Under the pieces are notes generated by a model. The model was not told the DNA's origin and searched no databases. It worked only from the letters and a program-made list of their open reading frames with translations. 64,000 bases of DNA from Myxococcota bacterium (GTDB lineage: Bacteria > Myxococcota_A > SURF-8): positions 5,408,001-5,472,000 of the forward strand of contig OZ223209.1 of NCBI GenBank assembly GCA_965140415.1. The letters are read 5' to 3'. Shown here in pieces: positions 1 through 8,636 of this stretch. The first letter of the stretch is position 1. Each line of letters begins with the position of its first letter. The position numbers were made by a program, and so were the translations under genes.

Positions 1-1748
1 GTCACCGCAGCGTAATCCAGGCACTGAGCGGCTAACGTCGTTTTGAGCCCCTTGGGTGGCGCGACGATGACGTACAGGCGTCCACCATGCCAGCCACCGT
101 GGAGCAAGTCGTTCAATGTTCCGAATGGAGTGGAGATAACGGCGTTGGTGTCCCGCGCAAACAGCTCGACGACCCGGGCCTGCTGCTGGATGAGAGGACC
201 GTGTTGGCCCGTCTCAAGCAGGCAGCTCTCCAGGTTGTGCTGCAGCTGATGAACCACCGCAGCCGCTGACGGACTGCTATCACTGGAGTTCGCCTCCGAT
301 AGAACCTGATGCACACGATACCGCCGCTCGAATTCCAAGGCCCTGTGGTACGCCGCCTGCCCGGCTTCCGGGCTGTAGGAATGCGCGTGTAACTGTTCCA
401 GGAACTTCTCCACGTCCTCCACCAACGCGTCCCGGTATTGCGCGACACTGCGCTCGGATATATCACGATCGAGTTCCCGATAAACCGCTGCTGATGTCAA
501 TCCGCCATTGGTCATGGCCCGGGCCACCAGGGAGGCTGGGCTGTAGGTCACCGTGATTTCGCCGTTCGACATTAGAGGGCGATCCGGCCAGACGTGCTCT
601 AACCGGTGAACCGGAAGGCCTTCCTCCATGGCGGACCGGAGCAGGTCGAGGGCGACGGGAGGTTCGATCTGCCGCAACCCGAATTCAGACACGGACGGCG
701 GAGGCCACTCGTCTGTCCGCGCCGAACAGTCTCGGCAGCTGAAAAACTCCCGCCAGCCCTTCATGCCGCGCGGATAATCACAACGGAATTCCGCGTTGTG
801 GTTCGAGAAGAAATTTTTGATCTTCCCATCGAACGTCTTGCTGCTCGGGTGATCCTCAGAGGCCTCGGCCAGTTTGGTCGCCAGGTACCGGGATGCCTTC
901 TTATCCAGTCCCCTCGAATGCGCATATTTCGCAAGATTTAGGTTGGCCTTATCGTAGTCGTACTCATGGGACGCTCCGTGTTCCAACATGGCGTCGATGC
1001 AGGGCGGGTGCTCGTACTCCGGTAGTTTCGACCAGTCTGGTTTGACAGAAGGCCCGGACTGCTTCGGCTCCCGGAACCCAGTCGCCTGCGCCTCCTGTCG
1101 TATCCGGTCGTAGGCCTGCCGGAACACCGCCACCGTCACCGCCTTGGTGTTCGCCAACAACGAGACCTGCTCCTCCAGGTCCGGCGGATCCTCGAAACCT
1201 GTGGGAGGCGCGCTGTCGGAGTACCCAGCCGGGTCCAGATACGCCGACCACAACCCCGATCCGCGATGCTTGCAGACCGGCAGCTTCATAACCGCCTGCG
1301 CCGCCTTGGTCGGGACCGCCGTATCGGGCCGGACATCGATGTGCCCTGCGCCGGGACAAGCCACATTGAGCAGATGTTTAAGAAAGGCCTGCAATTGCCC
1401 CGCCCGCACCGGTTCCGCCAGGCAGAAATCAAGGCCGTAGCCCTTGCGCCCGCTGTTGCAAACCAGAGGTGTGGGAAGGCCCAGTTCCTCTATCTTCCGC
1501 AGAACTGCCTGGACCAGAAGCCATTGATCCGCACCGCCGTCGAAATCGAGACGACCCACCCGACAGGTGCTCTCCGGTCCAACGATGTTCAAGGCCGCCG
1601 TCTGCTCACCGCGAAAATGGGCGCGCAGATCTTCATCGGTGATAGGGGCATCCCGGGGCAGGTAGGCCTCGCCGTCCTTGCTCTGGATGTGGACGGCCTG
1701 GCTGGGAACCAAGTACAAACGCATTACCTGTTCAGTCAATCTCTCCAT
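1..1748 (-). CDS. AEP primase / 4-Cys (PriL-CTD-like) / DnaB-like SF4 helicase fusion, partial (runs off the left edge; absent from the ORF track)
   Basis: Hand translation from ATG at 1748 (SD GAAGGAGG) stays open for 582 codons to the edge. Motifs: LRAHFRGEQT..TCRVGRLDFD (AEP motif I DxD), SGRKGYG (motif II-like), HIDVRP and KLP; then PPCI..FRCD..SCRDC; then ISTPFGTLNDLLHGGWHGGRLYVIVAPPKGLKTT (DnaB/RecA-type Walker A region). Confidence 0.8.
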   Translation of the reverse strand, partial: MERLTEQVMRLYLVPSQAVHIQSKDGEAYLPRDAPITDEDLRAHFRGEQTAALNIVGPESTCRVGRLDFDGGADQWLLVQAVLRKIEELGLPTPLVCNSGRKGYGLDFCLAEPVRAGQLQAFLKHLLNVACPGAGHIDVRPDTAVPTKAAQAVMKLPVCKHRGSGLWSAYLDPAGYSDSAPPTGFEDPPDLEEQVSLLANTKAVTVAVFRQAYDRIRQEAQATGFREPKQSGPSVKPDWSKLPEYEHPPCIDAMLEHGASHEYDYDKANLNLAKYAHSRGLDKKASRYLATKLAEASEDHPSSKTFDGKIKNFFSNHNAEFRCDYPRGMKGWREFFSCRDCSARTDEWPPPSVSEFGLRQIEPPVALDLLRSAMEEGLPVHRLEHVWPDRPLMSNGEITVTYSPASLVARAMTNGGLTSAAVYRELDRDISERSVAQYRDALVEDVEKFLEQLHAHSYSPEAGQAAYHRALEFERRYRVHQVLSEANSSDSSPSAAAVVHQLQHNLESCLLETGQHGPLIQQQARVVELFARDTNAVISTPFGTLNDLLHGGWHGGRLYVIVAPPKGLKTTLAAQCLDYAAV

Positions 1749-1959
1749 GGTCTCCTCCTTCACGAGAGAGTAGGCCCGCAACAGCGCCACCACGGCGCGG
1801 CGCGGTGCATAGGCCTATTCTCCCGCGAGGGGGAGGCCGCCCGCCACGGCCCCAGACGGGGGCGGCGGACTCACCCCTTCTTGGGGGTGCTTGAGGATAC
1901 TTGGGCCTCCGCGACCGGACAGATATGACCTGATTTCAGTTGGTTACAGGATCGGGCGC

Positions 1960-2020
1960 GAAAATAAGTGGTGGGTGTTCGGAAAATAAGTGGTGGGTAA
2001 ACGGAAAATAAGTGGTGGGT
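1960..2020. repeat. Three 17-bp direct repeats with 22-bp period (putative iterons)
   Basis: GAAAATAAGTGGTGGGT at 1960, 1982 and 2004, flanked by the inverted repeat TGACCTGATTTCA (1926-1938) / TGACATCAGGTCA (2034-2046), one mismatch. Confidence 0.85.
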
Positions 2021-2043
2021 GATTGTAAGAGCTTGACATCAGG

Positions 2044-4083
2044 TCAGTTTTTAGGCTTCTTGCGTGGCCCGGGCTTTTCTAGTTCAGAGACTAGAATTCG
2101 CTTATCTCTCTTTAAATCCATGGATTTATACATCACCGCATAATCTTCTGCCCCTTTGATCTTTACGAGCTCTCCCAGCGGGTTGGCTGGCGACGGGATT
2201 TCCACCGACCAGTCGGCAATCACCCCGGCCTCCGCCACCTGATCGAGTGAGGTAAATATCCGGTTGGCAGCCTTTTTAGGTGTTAGGCTATTGATCAGCG
2301 AGCCGAGACCGAGAGCATGTAGGATGGTTTCCACCCGCGTGCCGTTGCCATTCGGAGTCTCCAACTCGGTGGTTCCGAGATTCCTGTACGTCGTGCGGAG
2401 GCGCAGCTCGATGTACAGTTGCAGCGCGGGGGCGGTATGCAGGACTTTCCCTCGATAGCTGAACATGGCCTGACGGTTCGTCACCATATAGAGGGCACGT
2501 TGGCCTTCCCCGGTGATGTAGGACGCCAGCTGGGGGTTGATCCGCCAGTGGATGGCATGAGGTTCACCTTTACGGATATCGACTGCCGAGACCTGGATGA
2601 TGCCCGTGATGATCCGCTCCTGGCCTTTATTCCTGAGACCAGAAAAAGGGATGTTGATGCGGCGGGCGACATTCATGAAGGCGAAGAACAACTCGCGAGG
2701 ATTGAGATTTTCGCCGAGGATATTGGTCGTTCCCCTCCTGGTGATCCGGTCAATCTTGTCAGGGCGAAGAGTTTTCCAGAAGTCAGCAGCGGTGGTGACG
2801 GTATCGTGGCCGTTGTTTAGCGTGCCGTTTTCCTCCGCCATCTGGAACAGGCCCACGTATCCCTGCGGCAGGAGCCATGGGACATTCGGCGCGACAAACA
2901 CGGTCTGCACCGAGTTTAGCAGGGTGTCTTTAGACAGGTCATCGTCAATCACCGCGAATTCAAGGTCGCGGTAGGAACGGCTTTGTGAAACCGGGCGTTG
3001 CAAGGCCAAAGCCTCGGCACCTTGACCAGTTGTAACGATGGAGAGTGGTTTGTCCATTTCCGGGTTCACCTTCAGCACCGGCATGTGTGGGATGATATCT
3101 AAGAAATTGGATGGTACCTCTGTGAACTGACCGCGTAGTTCGGCACGTTGATCCGCATTACGCTCAATTCGACACCGCGTCATGTCCAGTTGCCGGCTCG
3201 CTCGGAGGAGTCGTTCTCTATGGCGGTTGATGTAATCGGTTAGACTGAGATACAATTGGCGAATTTCACCGATATACCAGTCGACTTGCTCGCCGGACGT
3301 ATCAGGTGAAAGTTCTCCAAGATCCTTCCGATGTCGAAAAAGTTTAGCAAGTTTCTCGGCCAGCTTGCCGGTGAATTCAGGTGTAGGGATGTCGATCCGC
3401 TTGTTGGTCGGGCCTTCAATGAGCCAGAATTGAATGGTTTCGTCGTCTGAGTCAGAGAGAGTTGTCCCGCAGATCAGACGTTTCGTCGGGATTTTTAGAC
3501 GATCCATCAGGTCATACAGGGCGGTCCAGAATGCCAGGTCGTAGTAGGACTCGACTTCATCCGCGAACGGCATATAGGCGATGCTGGCTTGGGGGGTAGT
3601 AGTTGTACGGCTTAGTATCGAGTGGTTTGGGATCGCGTCCAGATATGCCTGCACGTACTCCAGCTCGGTTTGTTGTTGCTCGCGGAACTGTCTCCGGGCG
3701 GCATCCTCTCTAAACAGCCGTACTTCGGTGGTTTTCGTTGTGGGTGACGTTCCCTCCATCGCGGTTACATTCGATTCCACGCGCAGGACATCTTCGTGGC
3801 CGGGCTTACGCCAGAACCGAGTCTCCAGGTGGGTCAGCGCAGCCAATGGGAACTCCTGCCACAGGTCGGTGGCGGCATCCTCCACGGATCGGTCACCAAC
3901 CGGTTCGGGGTAGCAGTAGAAATAGCCCTGGGCGAATGGTTTTTTGTAGTAGCCCGTCCAGTGGTCATCTGCAGCGGGCATCGCTACGTCGATCACGTTG
4001 ACGGTGAGACCGCGCGCCGGGACTATGGGCAGGTCGATCGTGGCGAACGGGGAATTAGGTGTGGTGAAGGGGATTAGATTCAT
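2044..4083 (-). CDS. Large hypothetical protein, probable replication initiator
   Basis: Long ORF (likely start MNLIP at 4083) ending directly at the iteron array. The C-terminus (VETILHALGL..AANRIFTSLDQVAEAGVIADW) resembles a winged-helix Rep domain. Function is inferred from context. Confidence 0.5.
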   Translation of the reverse strand: MNLIPFTTPNSPFATIDLPIVPARGLTVNVIDVAMPAADDHWTGYYKKPFAQGYFYCYPEPVGDRSVEDAATDLWQEFPLAALTHLETRFWRKPGHEDVLRVESNVTAMEGTSPTTKTTEVRLFREDAARRQFREQQQTELEYVQAYLDAIPNHSILSRTTTTPQASIAYMPFADEVESYYDLAFWTALYDLMDRLKIPTKRLICGTTLSDSDDETIQFWLIEGPTNKRIDIPTPEFTGKLAEKLAKLFRHRKDLGELSPDTSGEQVDWYIGEIRQLYLSLTDYINRHRERLLRASRQLDMTRCRIERNADQRAELRGQFTEVPSNFLDIIPHMPVLKVNPEMDKPLSIVTTGQGAEALALQRPVSQSRSYRDLEFAVIDDDLSKDTLLNSVQTVFVAPNVPWLLPQGYVGLFQMAEENGTLNNGHDTVTTAADFWKTLRPDKIDRITRRGTTNILGENLNPRELFFAFMNVARRINIPFSGLRNKGQERIITGIIQVSAVDIRKGEPHAIHWRINPQLASYITGEGQRALYMVTNRQAMFSYRGKVLHTAPALQLYIELRLRTTYRNLGTTELETPNGNGTRVETILHALGLGSLINSLTPKKAANRIFTSLDQVAEAGVIADWSVEIPSPANPLGELVKIKGAEDYAVMYKSMDLKRDKRILVSELEKPGPRKKPKN

Positions 4084-4196
4084 GTTTACCCGCTTATCGA
4101 AAAACGGTGTAGATATTTTATTTGTGCAGGGTTTCATCTCAACTATCCAGGAACAACCGAAAGGCTTTGTTATCTATGAAAACCCTACACACTGTG

Positions 4197-5609
4197 TCAT
4201 CCCCGCGCATGTCGATTCAGCCTAACGCCGGAATATACAAGGCCTTTTCGCGTTCGGATTTTCTCGAACCGCTCGGACATTTTTTTGCCGAATGCCGTTT
4301 CCGTCATCGGTTTGCCACCGCGTTCCGTACAGTAGGTTCGGTAACGACTATAAAATTCTCGCGCTGTGCTGGCTGTTGGGAATCCGGGTTGAACCTCCGG
4401 ATCGACCGTCACCTCGTCGCGCAAAAAGGCATCAATCGTGGCGGATTCCTGGGCATCGGCGTATGCCTCGGTCTCGTCTGCAATCCAGGAGAGTGCGGCG
4501 GCGGGATCGCTGCGTTGGTCAATAAACCCGGCGGTATCGGTCCTGAGCGGCTCCAGCAACCAGTGGAGGAATGCGGGCCCCTCCTCGAATAGAGCCTGAT
4601 GCCTTAGAAATTCGTAATCCTCCGTGGCTAGCATCCCTTCGGCCGGGATGACATGGAACAATTTTGGTATCTCGTCGCGAGAACCATGAAACACCGGGGT
4701 GCCGTGGTCGGCTGGCGTTGTCATGATGATGGTATACGGCGGCGCGAGTATATCGACCGTCTCCGTTTTGGAGAGGTTAAGCTGGATTTCCGGACGTTCG
4801 TAGAACGGCCATAGAATCCGCTCGTCCAGCATGGCATATTTCGCCAGATGGATGTCCACGGCGAGGCGGAGACCGAGTAGTTGCTGGAGCGGGCGATTTC
4901 TATTTGGTTCGATAGCTGCTGTAACTGGTATTTCAACACAGTAGCTGCCAGCGATCTGGACAATTAACTGGAATAGCAACCGGATGCCATCCATATCGGC
5001 TGCTTTCAGAACGATCAGTTTTTTTGCTCTGAATCCTGCTAGTACGGAACCTAGGTATCGACGGAAAAATTCAACCTTTTCGATATCATCATCGAATAGC
5101 GTTTTTAAAACCCTCATAATCCGATCGCATTTGCCAGTTTGATTTATTGGCAACCGAGTAGATGCCAGTAGGAAAAAGTCCGGCGTTGTCGAATTCAGTT
5201 GACCTGTACGGACGTCATACAACCCCGCCGGTGTGTTTACATACCCGACATGCCTCTGGAAATAGCGGATATCCGTTTCACAGACGGCCTCAGTCAACCT
5301 CAAAATTTCGCGGTAGACGCTGGTTTTAGCCAACGCAGCTGCACGACTGGCATCCGCCCAACGTCCCTGCCGCGATAGCTGGTCAGCAAACTGGAGAATT
5401 ACCGATTGGATGTCTGGGAACAGATCGTTCTCACGAACGGGTTCAAATATCCGCCCATTGAACCGCAGCCACTTTATGGTCGGGTTATACGCCAGAGCCG
5501 AGCCATGCTCTCGTAGAAATGCCTCTGCAATCGCCGGTAGGCCGACGAAATTCTGCTCCAACAACCGCGCCACTTCTGGACCGAGGGTGGGACTATTTGT
5601 TTTGGTCAT
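4197..5609 (-). CDS. P4/D5-family primase-helicase C-terminal homolog with degenerate Walker A/B
   Basis: D5_N-like WLRFNGRIFEP and GLYDVRTGQL, then FFRRYLGSVLAG. The expected P-loop reads LKAADMDGIR. The C-terminal wHTH (YSRYRTYC..TETAFGKKM..YSGVRL) is retained. Confidence 0.75.
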   Translation of the reverse strand: MTKTNSPTLGPEVARLLEQNFVGLPAIAEAFLREHGSALAYNPTIKWLRFNGRIFEPVRENDLFPDIQSVILQFADQLSRQGRWADASRAAALAKTSVYREILRLTEAVCETDIRYFQRHVGYVNTPAGLYDVRTGQLNSTTPDFFLLASTRLPINQTGKCDRIMRVLKTLFDDDIEKVEFFRRYLGSVLAGFRAKKLIVLKAADMDGIRLLFQLIVQIAGSYCVEIPVTAAIEPNRNRPLQQLLGLRLAVDIHLAKYAMLDERILWPFYERPEIQLNLSKTETVDILAPPYTIIMTTPADHGTPVFHGSRDEIPKLFHVIPAEGMLATEDYEFLRHQALFEEGPAFLHWLLEPLRTDTAGFIDQRSDPAAALSWIADETEAYADAQESATIDAFLRDEVTVDPEVQPGFPTASTAREFYSRYRTYCTERGGKPMTETAFGKKMSERFEKIRTRKGLVYSGVRLNRHARG

Positions 5610-5814
5610 TTTTCACAGCCTCCTCGCTGGTGCTGCGGAATGTCCGTTCCGATAGCCAGCGGTCCAGTTCATCGACATCGTAAACGGCACGACCGCGGGG
5701 GCCGCCGAGACGCGTATAAACTGGCCCACAACCACGGCAGCGCCATGTTCGTAGCGTTTGAGGTTTGACGCCGATTCGTTCAGCCGCATTTTTCGTATTG
5801 ATCGGTTTGCTCAT
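5593..5814 (-). CDS. AlpA/excisionase-like HTH protein
   Basis: AAERIGVKPQTLRTWRCRGCGPVYTRLGG..AVYDVDELDRW; SD GGAGG upstream; overlaps the start of the next gene. Confidence 0.85.
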   Translation of the reverse strand: MSKPINTKNAAERIGVKPQTLRTWRCRGCGPVYTRLGGPRGRAVYDVDELDRWLSERTFRSTSEEAVKNDQNK

Positions 5815-5892
5815 TCGTAGACCTCCATCTACGAGTGAGCATCCAGGATATGGGGGTGTTTGGATAGGGTTTTTTCGGAGGGAAATTTTCCC

Positions 5893-7134
5893 CTAATTAT
5901 GTTTTGTTTTACCTCGCTTACGATTTGAGCCCAATATTTCTAGACCGAGTTCATCCGCAATTGAGTTGCTATATATCCCAATTTCCTTTGTGTGATTTGT
6001 ATCGCAGCCATCTATATCGTACTTTGATTCTATTGGAGGAACAATTCTGCGAACAGCCCACTCTATATGGAGATTTCTAATTTTAGGATTTTGCTCGGTA
6101 TACATTTCATCGATTTCTTCATCTGGCACTAAGCCGAACTCCTCTGGAAGTAGAGGTCTAATCCCGTCTTTTTCCAAGCAATCAAGATACTTTTTCAAAT
6201 CAGCTCTGAATTTGTCCTGGATCCTTTTTTCCGCCTGCTTCCTTTCTTCACCATTATCAATCCACCAGAAATCACGAAAATGAAACTGGAGTGCGGTTGG
6301 GATTTCTTGTGGGTTATTATCATAATGCAGTTGACGTTTCTGCTCGTCGCTCATCCAGTCTGGCATAAGAATTCGTTCTCTGTTATCGAAGAACGGAAAG
6401 GCCAGCCATGGCGTACCATTGCGGAAGAGATCAATTAGTAACTCATCATCAAGTCCGTTTATGCAGCATCGAATCCAGAACTCCGGTTTAAGAAAGAAGG
6501 TCAAACGCCACCGTTTATTGACCGGAACCCTCTTGTCGGAGGCAAGCAGGTCTGCAAGTGCCGAGATGAGACATTTCCATCTTAAATTTTCCCAATATGT
6601 AAGATTTCCGAGCTTAGATGCACGATTGCTGCCCCCCGAGTACTTTGCAGAAAATTGGACATCACGTTCTATTTGAAGACGTTTCTCTTCAGAGAATGGA
6701 GCAGGGAGAACCGGGGCAAACACCTCTTGCCTAGCGAACGCTTCACCGTTATTTAACCAATACCAAAGTTGCCGCTCAGCATAACCAACGCACCATCCAG
6801 CCGTGAGGTTGAACTTGGTGAGGTAATTTTCTAGCTCACAACGAAATTTCGCGTAGCAATCTATTGCCTGTACCGCATTAACATTCTTTCCCTGAAAGCA
6901 TTGAAAGATATTATAGAATTCATCAAGGGTGGAAGCTTTCGCCATTGCAAGAACCGCTTCTTCAATGTTGCTGATTGTACTAATTGAATTGATCGAATCA
7001 AGCCAGTCTTTGTAAATCTGCAATCCTTCCTTTGCAAGGTCTCTTGAAAATTCTGGTCGCAGTTCAAGTGTATTTTTCCAGAACAAACTCATTAGCGACA
7101 CTAAATCTGGTCTTTCCCAATCTGAGTGGGTCAT
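5893..7134 (-). CDS. Hypothetical protein (AT-rich), coupled to the integrase
   Basis: 413-aa ORF whose start overlaps the integrase stop (ATGA); no recognised motif. Confidence 0.7.
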   Translation of the reverse strand: MTHSDWERPDLVSLMSLFWKNTLELRPEFSRDLAKEGLQIYKDWLDSINSISTISNIEEAVLAMAKASTLDEFYNIFQCFQGKNVNAVQAIDCYAKFRCELENYLTKFNLTAGWCVGYAERQLWYWLNNGEAFARQEVFAPVLPAPFSEEKRLQIERDVQFSAKYSGGSNRASKLGNLTYWENLRWKCLISALADLLASDKRVPVNKRWRLTFFLKPEFWIRCCINGLDDELLIDLFRNGTPWLAFPFFDNRERILMPDWMSDEQKRQLHYDNNPQEIPTALQFHFRDFWWIDNGEERKQAEKRIQDKFRADLKKYLDCLEKDGIRPLLPEEFGLVPDEEIDEMYTEQNPKIRNLHIEWAVRRIVPPIESKYDIDGCDTNHTKEIGIYSNSIADELGLEILGSNRKRGKTKHN

Positions 7135-8303
7135 GCCTTCCCCTCTGACCTTTTTCTCCTCAACGGCAACACTTTCTCCCGCTCTACCAGGGCATCTCGA
7201 AGCTCTTCAATTCCAAGGGGCGCATAATGCCGTTCCGTTACTCGAATATCCGAATGGCGCAGAAGCTTACTGGCGACATGTAGCCCCTTTGTTTTGGCAA
7301 TCTGAAGACCGAAGGTTCGCCGGATGTCGTGAATGGTGACGCCATCGAGTTTCGCCTTCTCCTTTATGAAAGCCCAAGGCTTTTGTAAATCGGAGCGGGG
7401 ACGGTCTGGTTTGCGGCCTGGAATAATGTAAATGCTTCTGCGCGGCAACTGGTCGAGCAAAGCAACGGAGTTCGGGCTTAATGGCTGAACCTGTGGACGA
7501 CCGCTTTTCGGTCTCGGAATGCGCCACAGGCCTTCATCAAGGTCGATGTCCTCCCATTTGGCATGCAACACTTCCGACATTCGTGCCCCTGTTTCCACAA
7601 GGAGCAGGAACGCAGCGTAAACGCTACGGTCAAAACGTTTTGTTTCCGCCAGCAAATGAATGGCATCGATGAACCGCTCAAATTCCTTATCGCTGAGCAC
7701 ACGCGCTCTCGGGTCATTCTCTGGAATGGGCTTCACCTTCATGGCCACATTGCTGTCTACTTTGCTAAGGCGCCAAGCATCCTGAAGGCAAGCTCTCACG
7801 CTGGCAAGCCATCGGTTCGCGGCAATTCGGCTTCCGCCCGCGATGATGATGTCCCGAAGCTTCTCTACATCCTCCGTCGTGATGGAGTGCAGAGGACGCT
7901 TACCCCAATGTTCTTTTGCTCGGCCGAGATAACGCGTGTCTTCACGAGGATGCTTTTTTCGTTGCTTGACCTTTTCGAGATAGGTATCGGCCCACTCGCC
8001 GAAAATCAATGCGTGCCGCCGTTTCTGGCGCTCATCCAGGGGGTCGGTGCCTTGACTCACCTCGGCCATCTTTTGCTTGGCCAATTCCCGCGCCTGATCC
8101 GGTGTAAGACGTCCGTACGCGCCCAGCGTCATTCGTCGTCGCCGGCCACGATCACCATACTCGATGAAGAAGCTCTTTCTGCCGGTGGGATAGGTTACAA
8201 GCCCAAAGCACTGGGTTTCTGTATCGTAGTAGCGAGTCCCGTGCGTTTTCTTGCTTTTCGGGAGCCGATCGATGTTCTTTTTCGTCAGTTTGATCTGCGC
8301 CAT
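7131..8303 (-). CDS. Tyrosine integrase with N-terminal arm-binding domain (P4-like)
   Basis: N-terminal GLVTYPTGRKSF..MTLGAYGRLTPDQARE; catalytic TGAR, HDIRRT, LLRH and ERHY; adjacent to the tRNA fragment. Confidence 0.95.
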   Translation of the reverse strand: MAQIKLTKKNIDRLPKSKKTHGTRYYDTETQCFGLVTYPTGRKSFFIEYGDRGRRRRMTLGAYGRLTPDQARELAKQKMAEVSQGTDPLDERQKRRHALIFGEWADTYLEKVKQRKKHPREDTRYLGRAKEHWGKRPLHSITTEDVEKLRDIIIAGGSRIAANRWLASVRACLQDAWRLSKVDSNVAMKVKPIPENDPRARVLSDKEFERFIDAIHLLAETKRFDRSVYAAFLLLVETGARMSEVLHAKWEDIDLDEGLWRIPRPKSGRPQVQPLSPNSVALLDQLPRRSIYIIPGRKPDRPRSDLQKPWAFIKEKAKLDGVTIHDIRRTFGLQIAKTKGLHVASKLLRHSDIRVTERHYAPLGIEELRDALVEREKVLPLRRKRSEGKA

Positions 8304-8377
8304 GAACGTGCATGTCCTCGTCTATTTCTTGCCCAACCGTCAGCAGTCTTGCCCCGGATTCAGCAGGTCGTAAAAAT

Positions 8378-8439
8378 GAACGTACGCCCGTCGTACAGAG
8401 GCTCGAAAAACCATAAAAGAACGTACACCCGTCGTACAG
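8378..8439. repeat. Two 21-bp direct repeats, putative integrase arm-type sites
   Basis: GAACGTACGCCCGTCGTACAG (8378) and GAACGTACACCCGTCGTACAG (8419), between the integrase start and the att core. Confidence 0.65.
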
Positions 8440-8546
8440 CGAGATGTAAGCTCGTTTGAACCCATCAACGCTTTAGACCTTGATAATACTGGACTTGGGC
8501 GACATCTGTCAACACTTATGTGAACTCGTAAAAACCAGAAAGTGCG

Positions 8547-8593
8547 GATTCGTAATCAGCAGGTCAGCGGTTCGAATCCGCTCGTTGGCTCCA
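8547..8593 (+). other. 3' fragment of tRNA-Thr(CGT), att site
   Basis: GATTCGTAATCAGCAGGTCAGCGGTTCGAATCCGCTCGTTGGCTCCA gives the anticodon loop, T arm and CCA. The upstream sequence cannot form a D arm or the 5' acceptor strand. Confidence 0.9.
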
Positions 8594-8601
8594 GTAATTA
8601 C

Positions 8602-8636
8602 AAGGACTTAGCGATTTCGCTAAGTCCTTTCTTTTT
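8602..8636 (+). terminator. Intrinsic terminator after the tRNA fragment
   Basis: AAGGACTTAGCG-ATTT-CGCTAAGTCCTT followed by TCTTTTT. Confidence 0.75.

Larger units (their letters stand above)
1..8593. mobile_element. tRNA-Thr-targeted integrative element (right part; continues left of the window)
   Basis: att fragment, integrase, AlpA/Xis and replication genes, all on the minus strand. Confidence 0.85.

Noticed and set aside
1960-2020. Mini CRISPR array (given the CAPP-like primase nearby)
   Set aside because: The repeats are 17 bp with 5-bp gaps, there are no spacers, and no cas genes are visible.
8520-8593. Complete tRNA-Thr gene
   Set aside because: The 5' half is missing (no acceptor partner or D arm, and a mismatch in the anticodon stem), so it is called an att fragment.
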